62,142 bases of DNA from an uncultured Clostridia bacterium (GTDB taxonomy: Bacteria; Bacillota; Clostridia; Oscillospirales; Ruminococcaceae), in NCBI GenBank assembly GCA_937907305.1, contig CALERQ010000194.1:1-62142 (forward strand), read 5' to 3'. The notes under the pieces are model-generated. The model did no database searches. It was given only the letters and a program-made list of their open reading frames with translations, and was not told the origin of the DNA. This document shows, piece after piece, positions 20,085 through 28,253 of this stretch (positions are counted from its first letter, which is position 1; each line of letters starts with the position of its first letter). A program made the position numbers and the translations under genes.

Positions 20085-20741
20085 ATGAACGAAAAAACGG
20101 TTTCCATTTCGGTGATCCGGCGCCTGCCGCGGTACTACCGCTATTTGGGGATGCTGCTGCACAGCGGCGTGACCCGTATCTCCTCCAAGGAGCTGGCCGC
20201 GCAGATGAAGGTCACCGCCAGTCAGATCCGTCAGGACTTAAATTGCTTCGGTGGCTTTGGTCAGCAGGGCTACGGCTACAATGTGGAGCTATTGTATAAA
20301 GAGATCGGCGCCATCCTGGGTGTCGAAAAAAAGATCCCGGCCATTCTTATCGGCTGCGGCACCCGCGGCCAGAGCCTCATCCGGGAGGACGACCTGTTCC
20401 GGGACCGCGGCTTTGAGCTGATCGGGGCCTTCGATAAATCCCCGGCGAAGATCGGCCAGGTGCTGCCCAATGGCCTGACGGTGCAGGATGTCGCCGCCCT
20501 GCCGGAATTTTGCCGTCAGCGCGGCCCGCACATGGCGGTGGTGTGCATCCCCCGGGATGCCGCCGAGCAGATGGCGGAAACGCTGGTGGAATCCGGTATC
20601 CGGTCCTTCTGGAATTTCTCCAGCTACGATTTTAAGCTGAAGTATGAGGAGTATCCTTCGGTCAATGTCCACCTGGGCGATAGTCTGCTGACCCTCTCCT
20701 ACCTGGTGAACCACCCCAAGGGCGAGCCGCAGGAAGAATAA
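20085..20741 (+). CDS. rex: Redox-sensing transcriptional repressor Rex
   Basis: RRLPRYYR, ISSKELA, ASQIRQDLNCFGGFGQQGYGY, WNFS. Confidence 0.93.
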   Translation: MNEKTVSISVIRRLPRYYRYLGMLLHSGVTRISSKELAAQMKVTASQIRQDLNCFGGFGQQGYGYNVELLYKEIGAILGVEKKIPAILIGCGTRGQSLIREDDLFRDRGFELIGAFDKSPAKIGQVLPNGLTVQDVAALPEFCRQRGPHMAVVCIPRDAAEQMAETLVESGIRSFWNFSSYDFKLKYEEYPSVNVHLGDSLLTLSYLVNHPKGEPQEE

Positions 20742-20749
20742 GCGTACAT

Positions 20750-20780
20750 AAAAAAGCTCCCCCGTGCGGGGAGCCTTTTC
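20750..20780 (+). terminator. Intrinsic terminator after rex
   Basis: GCTCCCC...GGGGAGC then TTTT. Confidence 0.6.
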
Positions 20781-20854
20781 TATTCCCGGCAGAACACATC
20801 TCGCTCCGCCCTCAAGGCTCCCCTGCGCAAAGGCTGTGGCACCGCACCAGCTGA

Positions 20855-21525
20855 AAGCCTCCCTTGTGCAAAGGGAGGTGGCACGGCGCAGCCGTGACGG
20901 AGGGATTGTTAGCACAAAATAAGGCCAAATTTCTTTTCGCCTGTCGGCGGCGCGGAGCCTTTTAGATATCAAAATTTGTACGCCTGCCCGGCGAGGGGTT
21001 ACTTTTCTGTGAAGAAAAGTAACCAAAAGTCACTCGGGGAGGACCCCGAGACCCCCGACGCATCGGTACGCCCCGACCGGAAGGTCTTTGACCTCCCGGA
21101 TCTGGGGCTAGACGACGCTGATAAGGAGCCGCAGGCGCATTTAATTTGGCCCCTGCTGCACCCAAAATAAAATGCGCCGTAGGCACCTTGAGAGCGTATC
21201 TGCGGCGCCGTACGGATCGACTTTTCAGCATTCGCTGAAAAGTCCAATTCGTATCCAGCCGCAGCTTGAGCGTTAGGGGGTCTTGGGGCACAGCCCCAAG
21301 TGTGTTTTGCCTACTTTTGCACATACAAAAGTAGGCCCCCGCCGGGCAGGCGTACCAGCTGTCACCCTTCGGTGACTCCGCGCCGCCTTTAGGCGACCAC
21401 AATCTTGACCTAAAAATTCTTTTGCTCCTTTTCTTCACAGAAAAGTAGGACCCCGGCGGCGAGCCGTACAGACTTTGTACCCTACAAAATCTTTGCCCCG
21501 CCGCCAGGCGACCACCAATTTGTCC
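20855..21525. repeat. Modular palindromic MITE/REP-like element, copy 2 (complete; core 20978-21355 with ~50-bp terminal inverted repeats)
   Basis: GTACGCCTGCCCGGCG...AAAAGT at left, TTTTGCCTACTTTT...CGCCGGGCAGGCGTAC at right; flanking extra hairpin modules. Confidence 0.85.
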
Positions 21526-21539
21526 CCAATTAATATCTT

Positions 21540-22409
21540 TTACCCGCTTTTCTTCATAGAAAAGTACGCCCGCGCCAGCGCCTTCCACTGCTCCAGCGTC
21601 ACCTGCTCCGCCCGGGCGTTTTCCGGCAGCCCGGCGGCCGCCAGCAGCGCGCGGGTGGCGTCCTTCTCCCACCGCAGTCCGGCGGAAAGGGAATTGAGCA
21701 TCGTCTTGCGCCGCTGGCCAAACCCGGCCCGCACCACCGCGAAGAAGTCCTCCCGCGGCGGCAGGTCCTCCGGCAGCTCCTGCGGCAGGTCCAGCCGGAT
21801 CACCGCGCTATCCACCGCCGGGGCCGGCAAAAAGGACCCCCTTGAGACCGGGAACAGCATCTTCGGCGTGCTGTAATACCACACCGCCGCGCTGATGGCC
21901 CCGCATTCCCGGGTGCCCGGCGCCGCCGTAATGCGCACCGCGGCCTCCTTTTGCACCATTACCGTCAGCGAGCGAATGGGCAGGGGCTCCTCCAGCAGCC
22001 GCATGATGATAGGCGAGGTGATATAGTAGGGCAGGTTGGCGCACACCACCACCGGCATCCCGCCAAAGTGCTCCTCCAGGAGCGCCGGCAGGTCCAGTTC
22101 CATCGCGTCCCCCTGCACTATGGTCACATTCTTAAATTCCGCCAGCGTTTCCGCCAGGATGGGTGGCAGCCGGTCATCCAGCTCTATCGCCACCACCTTT
22201 TCCGCCCGGCGGCACAGCTCCGCCGTCAGCACGCCAAAGCCCGGCCCGATCTCCAGCACCCCCACACCGGGGGCGGCGCCGCCCAGCTCCGCCATTTTGG
22301 GGCATACGCCGGGGTTGATGATAAAATTCTGCCCCAGCGCGCGGGAAAAGGAAAATCCATGGCGCTGCAGCAGCTCCTTGATGACGGCGGGATCGGTAAG
22401 TGTGGGCAT
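21540..22409 (-). CDS. rsmA: 16S rRNA m6,2A1518/1519 dimethyltransferase
   Basis: LGQNF, LEIGPGFGVLT, ANLPYYITSPI, MVQKE, QRRKT; AGGAGG RBS. Confidence 0.95.
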   Translation of the reverse strand: MPTLTDPAVIKELLQRHGFSFSRALGQNFIINPGVCPKMAELGGAAPGVGVLEIGPGFGVLTAELCRRAEKVVAIELDDRLPPILAETLAEFKNVTIVQGDAMELDLPALLEEHFGGMPVVVCANLPYYITSPIIMRLLEEPLPIRSLTVMVQKEAAVRITAAPGTRECGAISAAVWYYSTPKMLFPVSRGSFLPAPAVDSAVIRLDLPQELPEDLPPREDFFAVVRAGFGQRRKTMLNSLSAGLRWEKDATRALLAAAGLPENARAEQVTLEQWKALARAYFSMKKSG

Positions 22410-22511
22410 GGCGGCCTCCTTGCGGGGTGATTTTTCGCTTTTCAGTATATCGTTTTTGGGGCAAAAATGCAACACGCACCCGCTATTTTGTAAAGGCCGC
22501 TATACGGAAAG

Positions 22512-22630
22512 TATTTCACACTTTCCACCGGGTTTTCCACATTCCTGGGGTGGAAAAGCCCGAATTTGTGTCAAAATTGTGACAATCAAGGGCTTTTGGG
22601 GGCAATTTCCCACTAAATGGGTGTGGAAAA
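22512..22630. promoter_or_regulatory. Cluster of DnaA-box-like 9-mers
   Basis: TTTTCCACA at 22533-22541 (+) and 22622-22630 (-), plus near matches at 22512, 22521, 22549, 22606. Confidence 0.55.
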
Positions 22631-22744
22631 CCGTGTCTCCGCCAGGCAAGGCCCTAAAACACCTCGTAATGGTTCCGGAATGTCAACCCCCTTTGCCCCC
22701 TAAATTTTATCCTTATTTTTGATGGAGTTTGACGAGAAACCGTC

Positions 22745-22772
22745 TTGACAACAGGGAATAAGATGGTATAAT
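22745..22772 (+). promoter_or_regulatory. SigA promoter of tRNA-Leu
   Basis: TTGACA-16 bp-TATAAT with TG extension. Confidence 0.85.
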
Positions 22773-22785
22773 AATAAAGCGCTAT

Positions 22786-22869
22786 GCGGAAGTGCTGGAA
22801 TCGGCAGACAGGCACGTTTGAGGTGCGTGTGTCCATGACGTGTGGGTTCAAGTCCCATCTTCCGCACCA
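22786..22869 (+). tRNA. tRNA-Leu(GAG)
   Basis: GCGGAAG/CTTCCGC acceptor, anticodon loop TT-GAG-GT, long variable arm, GGTTCAAGTCC, encoded CCA. Confidence 0.96.
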
Positions 22870-22911
22870 AAAAGAAAAAGACGCCTTTGGGCGTCTTTTT
22901 CTTTTTGGTGC
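22864..22911 (+). terminator. Terminator after tRNA-Leu
   Basis: AAAAAGAAAAAGACGCC/GGCGTCTTTTTCTTTTT. Confidence 0.8.
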
Positions 22912-23102
22912 GTCGGGGAGCAGAAAGCCTGCGCAAAGGACCAGTCTATGCCCTGATGAAACGCGAAAGACAACCCTGACGGTTTTCTTTCACACTATCT
23001 TTCCCTCCGAAGGTGCAGGCTTGTCCAGATATTACCGGCCGTCTTTTTCTTTTTGGTGCGTCGGGGAACGGAAAGCCTGCACAAAGGGCCAGTCTGCCCC
23101 TG
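22892..23102 (+). repeat. ~62-bp imperfect direct repeat (22892-22954 and 23040-23102)
   Basis: CGTCTTTTTCTTTTTGGTGCGTCGGGGA...GAAAGCCTGC.CAAAGG.CCAGTCT twice. Confidence 0.8.
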
Positions 23103-23592
23103 CTTAAGTGCGGAATAAGCTATTTTCACCTGTTTGGTGAAAGTGTTTGGTGAAAGGAAAATCTGATGAAATCAAAACAGAGGGGCCGCTCTCTCTTGCA
23201 GAGCAGCCCCTCTGTCCAAAACGACCACACCGGGTCGTTTTGGACATTCACCCCCGGCAGAGCGCCCTCCGGAAAGCCATGGGGCCAGCCTGTGTGGGAT
23301 GCATCCTCAAAAATATCTGGCTGATATTTTTGAGTTGATGCATGAATGGTATTTCGCTCGCCGCGGCGAGCGACCGGCCTTTTGAAAAAGGCCGGCGCCA
23401 AAACTTTTTACATTTTTCCTCTCGCGCACGCGCGCGCACCCGCCCGTACCCGCGCGCCATATGCGTGTATATATGCGCGCGCACGGGGCTCAGTCCGGAT
23501 TATGGGACTTTCCATCTGCTACAATGAAACCGTGGAAAGCAGCCGGCAGCCCCTTATCCCAGGAGAGAAACCGAGAAGAAAACCGCCGCCGG

Positions 23593-23937
23593 TCACCCAT
23601 TCCGGGCGGCCAGCAGCCCCGCCGCAAAGTCCCTTACCCGCTGCTTTTCCGCCGGGGTCAGCCGGGCCAGCAGCGCCCCCAGGCTCTCCCCACCCAGTCC
23701 GTCCTCCGCCGGGAGGGCGGGCTTTTCTATTTGCGGCGAATTGCCGCACAGCCAGTCCACCGTCACATTGTATTTTTCGGCGATCTCCCGCAGCTTTCCC
23801 CGGTAGGAGCCGCTCCGTCCGGCCCGCCAGTCGGCCACCACATTGCCGGTTTTGTAGCCCAGCGACCGGGCAAATTCCGCGTCCGCCCCATGCCGGTCCG
23901 GGATCAGGGATAGAATTCTTTGCAGCATAATATCCAT
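23593..23937 (-). CDS. XRE/cI-like HTH repressor
   Basis: AEFARSLG...VVADWRAGRS...KLREIAEKYNVTVDWLCG; AAGGAG RBS. Confidence 0.8.
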   Translation of the reverse strand: MDIMLQRILSLIPDRHGADAEFARSLGYKTGNVVADWRAGRSGSYRGKLREIAEKYNVTVDWLCGNSPQIEKPALPAEDGLGGESLGALLARLTPAEKQRVRDFAAGLLAARNG

Positions 23938-23972
23938 ATTTTCGCTCCTTATATTGGCTAAATCTACAAAAA

Positions 23973-24023
23973 CTCACAAATCGTGAGAAAACACTTGAAA
24001 TCACACGAAACATGAGTTACAAT
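23973..24023 (+). promoter_or_regulatory. Rightward SigA promoter with two operator-like boxes
   Basis: TTGAAA(23995)-17-TACAAT(24018); CTCAC-N5-GTGAG 23973-23987 and CACAC-N5-ATGAG 24002-24016. Confidence 0.65.
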
Positions 24024-24095
24024 GGAAAGTGGGACCTTTCCCCAAACGCTCTGTTTCGCAAGATTTTTAGCTTGTTCAAGCGACTTTACACTCTC

Positions 24096-24124
24096 ATCAT
24101 ACCGCAAAAAGCCGCCCTTGTCAA
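24096..24124 (-). promoter_or_regulatory. Leftward SigA promoter of the repressor
   Basis: TTGACA-17-TATGAT on minus strand. Confidence 0.75.
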
Positions 24125-24170
24125 GTGCTTTCAATCCACATGAACATGAGCTTTTGGAAGCGTCCCCGCC

Positions 24171-24650
24171 GGGGGAACGGCCTGCCGCGGCAAGGGGGAG
24201 CCGTCCGCACCGGCAGAAATCAAACAGCCCGGCCGCAGTGCCGGAGAGAGAGGAAACCGATGGAACACCGAACCAGAAGCCAAAAAGGGGCTGCGACTGC
24301 TGCCCTGGACGGTCTTGTCAGCATGGTTTTTGGCGCGGTCCCAGCCAGGAGGACAGCCTGCCGCGGCAGGGGGGAGCCGTCCGTCCCGGCAGAAATCAAA
24401 CAGCTCGGCCGCAGTGCCGGAGAGAGAGGAAACCGATGGAACACCGAACCAGAAGCCAAAAAGGGGCTGCGACTGCTGCCCTGGACGGTCTTGTCAGCAT
24501 GGTTTTTGGCGCGGTTCCAGCCGGGGAAACGGCCTGCCGCGGCAGGGGGGAGCCGTCCGCCCCGACAAAAATCAAACGACCCGGCCACAGTGCCGGAGAG
24601 AGAGGAAACCGATGAAACACAACACAAAAAACCGAAAGGGGGCTGCCGCA
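24171..24650 (+). repeat. 176-bp tandem repeat, ~2.7 copies
   Basis: CCTGCCGCGGCA at 24181, 24357, 24533; each unit carries GAGAGAGGAAACCGATG. Confidence 0.95.
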
Positions 24651-25690
24651 TGAGCACCGTTTATGCCAGCCCCATCTGGCTGGGGAGGCCCCGTTACCCG
24701 GTGACAGTCACCACCGGAGCCGGGGCGGCTGTTACCGCTGCCCTGGGCAGCCTTACCCTGACCGCCACCGCCGATGCCAACGGCCTTTGCGCCATGAAAT
24801 TGCCCCGCCGCGGCAGCTGGAATTTTACCGCTGTGCTGGGGGCCAAAAAGGGCTATGGCACGCTGGCGGTACCGGGGCAGAGAAGTCTTTCCCTGCCGCT
24901 TTATTCCACCGCTCTGGCGGAAAATTCCTGGGCCGAGATCGCCGCGGCGGCAGCGGCCGGGATAGCTGCCCGGCTGTGGTCGCCGGGGGATGGGAAGGAG
25001 CTGACCATCAGCGGCACGGCCGGCCTGCTTACCGTCACCGATCTGGCCATCGGGGCCATCATTCTGGGCTTTGACCACAATGCCGCCCTGGAGGGCAGCG
25101 GCCGCATCCACTTCCAGCTGGCGCGCCTGGGGGAGACCCCGGTGGCCCTGGTAGACAGGCGCCACGGCAGCTTCAGCGACCTGGCCGGGGCCTTTACCAT
25201 GAACACAACCGCCACCAGTGAAGGCGGCTGGCAGGGCAGCCATATGCGGCAGGAGATCCTGGGCAGCGACAGCACCGATGTGCTTGCCCCTAAGGAGGGG
25301 ACACTGCTGGCCCTGCTGCCGGAGGAGCTGCGGGCGGTGATGAAGCCCTGCACCAAGTACACCGATAACACCGGCAACTCCATGGAGGCCGCCGCGGTGA
25401 CCGCCACCCAGGAATGGCTGTTCCTGCTCTCGGAGTGGGAGTACTACGGGGCCCGCACCATGGCCAATGAGGGGGAGCAGAGTTTCCAGCAGCAGTATGC
25501 CTACTATGCCGCCGGCGGCAGTCCGGCCAAAATGCGCCACAACCGCATCACTGCCACGGCCCGGGACTGGTGTCGCAGCCCGGCGGCGGGGTGGGCCGGC
25601 TTTTGCCATGTGAACAAGGACGGCACCGCCTACTACGAGGCCCCGAATGCCGACCTGGGCATTGCACCGGCCTTTGTGCTGGGCGCATAA
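24650..25690 (+). CDS. DUF6273-like phage-associated protein (putative receptor-binding/lectin-like)
   Basis: NSWAEI...WSPGD.K, ILGFDHN, GGW.GS.MR, LPEELR, LFLLSE.E, W.RSP...FC.V...G, G.APAF pattern; AAAGGGGG RBS. Confidence 0.75.
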   Translation: MSTVYASPIWLGRPRYPVTVTTGAGAAVTAALGSLTLTATADANGLCAMKLPRRGSWNFTAVLGAKKGYGTLAVPGQRSLSLPLYSTALAENSWAEIAAAAAAGIAARLWSPGDGKELTISGTAGLLTVTDLAIGAIILGFDHNAALEGSGRIHFQLARLGETPVALVDRRHGSFSDLAGAFTMNTTATSEGGWQGSHMRQEILGSDSTDVLAPKEGTLLALLPEELRAVMKPCTKYTDNTGNSMEAAAVTATQEWLFLLSEWEYYGARTMANEGEQSFQQQYAYYAAGGSPAKMRHNRITATARDWCRSPAAGWAGFCHVNKDGTAYYEAPNADLGIAPAFVLGA

Positions 25691-25711
25691 GATAGACGGG
25701 GAGGTGTGAAG

Positions 25712-25951
25712 ATGGATCAGGAGATCATAGTGGCGGGGCTGGCGCTGGTGGGCAGCCTGAGCGGCACCTATTTTGCCAACCGCCGGGCCACCGCCCTGAT
25801 CGCCTACCGGCTGGAGCAGCTGGAAAAGAAGGTGAACCAACACAATTCCGTGATAGAACGGCAATATGAATTAGAGAAAAAATTTGCGGAGCACGAGCGG
25901 GACTATGCCGCTGCCTGCCGCCGCATAGAGGAGCTGGAGAAAGGAGCATGA
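25712..25951 (+). CDS. Small phage protein, N-terminal TM + coiled coil (lysis-module type)
   Basis: LIAYRLEQLEKKV..HNSVIER pattern typical of clostridial phage genes beside holins; GGAGGT RBS. Confidence 0.7.
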   Translation: MDQEIIVAGLALVGSLSGTYFANRRATALIAYRLEQLEKKVNQHNSVIERQYELEKKFAEHERDYAAACRRIEELEKGA

Positions 25952-26253
25952 GTATGAGTGAATTTGTAACCTGGGAGGCGCTGGGCGGCTATGCCGGCGC
26001 GGTGATGATGGTGACCCTCATCACACAGTTTTTGAAGGGGACGCCGCTGGGCAAGTGGAACAGCCAGCTGGTGGCCTATGTTATCGCCGTGGTGCTGCTG
26101 ATCGGAGCGGAGATCTTTGGCGGGCAGCCGGTGACGGTGCAGGGGGTGACCCTGTGCCTGCTGAACGCGGTCATCGTGGCGCTGGCGGCCAACGGGATGT
26201 ACGATGTGGCTGCCAAGAGCAAAAAGACGGCAAGCTATCAGCATGAGGAATAA
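25948..26253 (+). CDS. Putative holin (3 TM)
   Basis: EFVTW..LG.YAGA...V.LITQF.K...NAVIVALAANG.YD; ATGA overlap. Confidence 0.7.
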   Translation: MSMSEFVTWEALGGYAGAVMMVTLITQFLKGTPLGKWNSQLVAYVIAVVLLIGAEIFGGQPVTVQGVTLCLLNAVIVALAANGMYDVAAKSKKTASYQHEE

Positions 26254-26404
26254 GCGGCAGAAAGCACACTGCCAAGGTTAAGATTTGGATAAGCAGTAAT
26301 CAGGATAGGATGGAAAAAGGGGTCGCGGCGGTTGGGGTGCGGGCCTACGATTGGCCGAGGGAGCAGTTTTGCAGACTATAAAGTATTTGCTTAACTGTCC
26401 TCTT

Positions 26405-26757
26405 AGTTCCCCTCCTCAGAGGAGGGGACAGGGGTGGTGGTTCGCCCTTCCGCGCTCCAGTGCGGGGGCGATAAAAATGCGCCGCAGGCTCCTTATAAGC
26501 ACCGTTTAGCCTACGCTCCGGGAGGGCATAGCCCTTCCGGGTGGGCGTTCCGGTGCGTCGGGGCCTTGGGGTTTACCCCAAGTCGCTTTTGGGCACTTTT
26601 GGCGATTCAAAAGTGCCACCCTGGCGGTAGCCGTGCAAATTATGCCTTTGCAAAAGGCTCCGCGGCGCCGAAGGAGAGATAAAATTGTTGCTATTAATGT
26701 CAACCCCTCAGTCACGGCTGCGCCGTGCCAGCTCCCCTTACACAGGGGAGGCTTTGG
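26405..26757. repeat. Modular palindromic element, copy 3 (diverged)
   Basis: 26476-26755 aligns with reverse complement of ~20855-21140, with compensatory stem changes. Confidence 0.8.
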
Positions 26758-26796
26758 GGTGGTGCAGTAAGCTATAAAATTGCAAGAAAAAAATCA

Positions 26797-26825
26797 TTGA
26801 CATTTGGGACACAGTGGCCTATAAT
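26797..26825 (+). promoter_or_regulatory. SigA promoter
   Basis: TTGACA-17-TATAAT perfect consensus. Confidence 0.9.
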
Positions 26826-26839
26826 AGCCACAAATAAAA

Positions 26840-27125
26840 AACCTGTGATCGAGAAGAGTAACCGGTCAGTTTTCGTTGAGAGCGAGCCGCGGATGGTGCA
26901 AGCGCGGTAACGGAAAGAGCGGCGAATGGCCTCGTGAGGGCGGCCGAACACGCAGAACATGCGCCAGTAGCAGCCGACGGGAAACCGGCCCCGTTATCCA
27001 TCCCGGCTTACATCATGTGTGTAGGAACAGAGCGGATGCTGCAAAGCATCAATGACGGGTGGTACCGCAGAGCTGATTTTCAGTCCTGTCCCAAGAGTTT
27101 TACTTGGGATGGGATTTTTTATTTT
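26840..27125 (+). ncRNA. T-box riboswitch, Trp specifier (UGG at 26927-26929)
   Basis: Stem I AGTA, AGCGA and GGTGCAA motifs, GAA-TGG-C specifier loop, T-box GGGTGGTACCGC at 27057, terminator with T-run ending ~27125. Confidence 0.88.
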
Positions 27126-27242
27126 ACCGGGAAAGGAGCGAGCGCGATGAAGGAGAGAATACTGCCGGGACGGCGATGGTGCCCGCCCCCGGAAAAACGA
27201 GATCAATAAAACCACTACTGACCACGAAAAGGAGATAACCCC

Positions 27243-28211
27243 ATGAAAACCAACCTGAAAAAAGTTTTTGCCCTTATATTCGCCGCGATGTTCGTATTCT
27301 GCTTTGCCGCCTGCGGCGAGAAAAAAGTCCCGGTCATCGGTATCAGCCAGTACGGCGAGCACGAAAGCCTGGACAACTGCCGGGAGGGCTTCCTGCAGGG
27401 GCTGAAGGACGCCGGCCTGGTGGAAGGCACCGACTATACCATCGACTACCAGAACGCGGGGTTTGATGATAATATCACCAAGCAGATCGCCGAGAGCTTT
27501 AGCGCCAACAATGTGGCCCTGATGTGCGGCATTGCCACCCCCAGCGCCACGGCCTGCTACGCCGCCGCTGAGAACAAGGATATCCCGGTCATCTTTACCG
27601 CCATTACCGACCCGGTACAGGCCAAGCTGGATACCGGCAATGTGACCGGCACCAGCGATAAGCTGGCGGTGGAGGGCCAGCTGGAGCTGATCCGCGCGCT
27701 GCAGCCGGAAGCCAAGACCATCGGCATCCTGTATACCACCAGCGAGCCGAACTCCGTTTCCGCCATTGCGGAGTACGAGGAAAAGGCCCCGGCCTATGGC
27801 TTTACCATCGAGGCGGTGGGTGTGACCGCTCAATCCGAGGTGGTGCAGGCCTGCGATACCCTGCTGGCCCGCGGCGTGGACTGCATGAGCAACCTGACCG
27901 ATAACAATGTGGTGGGCGTGCTGCCGGCCATTCTGGAAAAGACCAACGCCAAGAGCATCCCCGTGTACGGCAGCGAGATAGAGCAGGTGAAGAAGGGCTG
28001 TGTGGCCTCCATCGGCATTGATTACTATGAGCTGGGCCGCCAGACCGGCCAAATGGCCGCCAAAGTGCTGAAGGGTGAGGCCACCTGCGAGGAGATGCCC
28101 TATGAGACCATCAGCGAGTACGGACTGTATGTGAACTACACCGCCCTGACGGAGATGGGCCTGACCCTGCCGGAGGAGCTGGCCGGCCGCGCCATTGACG
28201 CCAACGCCTGA
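27243..28211 (+). CDS. ABC transporter substrate-binding lipoprotein (TrpX-type, probably tryptophan)
   Basis: FAAC lipobox, H.SLD....GF, IATPSA, FTAITDP, GTSD, SEPNS; Trp T-box upstream. Confidence 0.88.
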   Translation: MKTNLKKVFALIFAAMFVFCFAACGEKKVPVIGISQYGEHESLDNCREGFLQGLKDAGLVEGTDYTIDYQNAGFDDNITKQIAESFSANNVALMCGIATPSATACYAAAENKDIPVIFTAITDPVQAKLDTGNVTGTSDKLAVEGQLELIRALQPEAKTIGILYTTSEPNSVSAIAEYEEKAPAYGFTIEAVGVTAQSEVVQACDTLLARGVDCMSNLTDNNVVGVLPAILEKTNAKSIPVYGSEIEQVKKGCVASIGIDYYELGRQTGQMAAKVLKGEATCEEMPYETISEYGLYVNYTALTEMGLTLPEELAGRAIDANA

Positions 28212-28253
28212 TTTTTTGCTTTGAATTTTTGATTTGACCGCGAGGAGTACACC

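Larger units (their letters stand above)
23593..26253. mobile_element. Reduced prophage-derived cassette next to tRNA-Leu
   Basis: XRE repressor, switch-like promoters, DUF6273-like gene, two phage lysis-module-type genes; no integrase, endolysin or att duplicate seen. Confidence 0.65.

Noticed and set aside
20962..21672. ORFs within the palindromic repeats (also 267-500, 26434-26682, upstream part of 46731)
   Set aside because: They translate repeat DNA, with no RBS or transposase motifs.
22950..22975. Hammerhead ribozyme core (CTGATGA...GAAA)
   Set aside because: Only 5 nt between the motifs, so stem II cannot form.
24171..24650. CRISPR array
   Set aside because: Units are 176 bp and near-identical throughout, with no unique spacers and no cas genes.
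25550..25690. Diversity-generating retroelement variable region in the DUF6273-like C-terminus
   Set aside because: No template repeat or reverse transcriptase in the window; a remote one cannot be excluded without a genome search.
22786..26800. Intact prophage with attL/attR at tRNA-Leu
   Set aside because: No duplicate of the tRNA 3' end and no integrase found.
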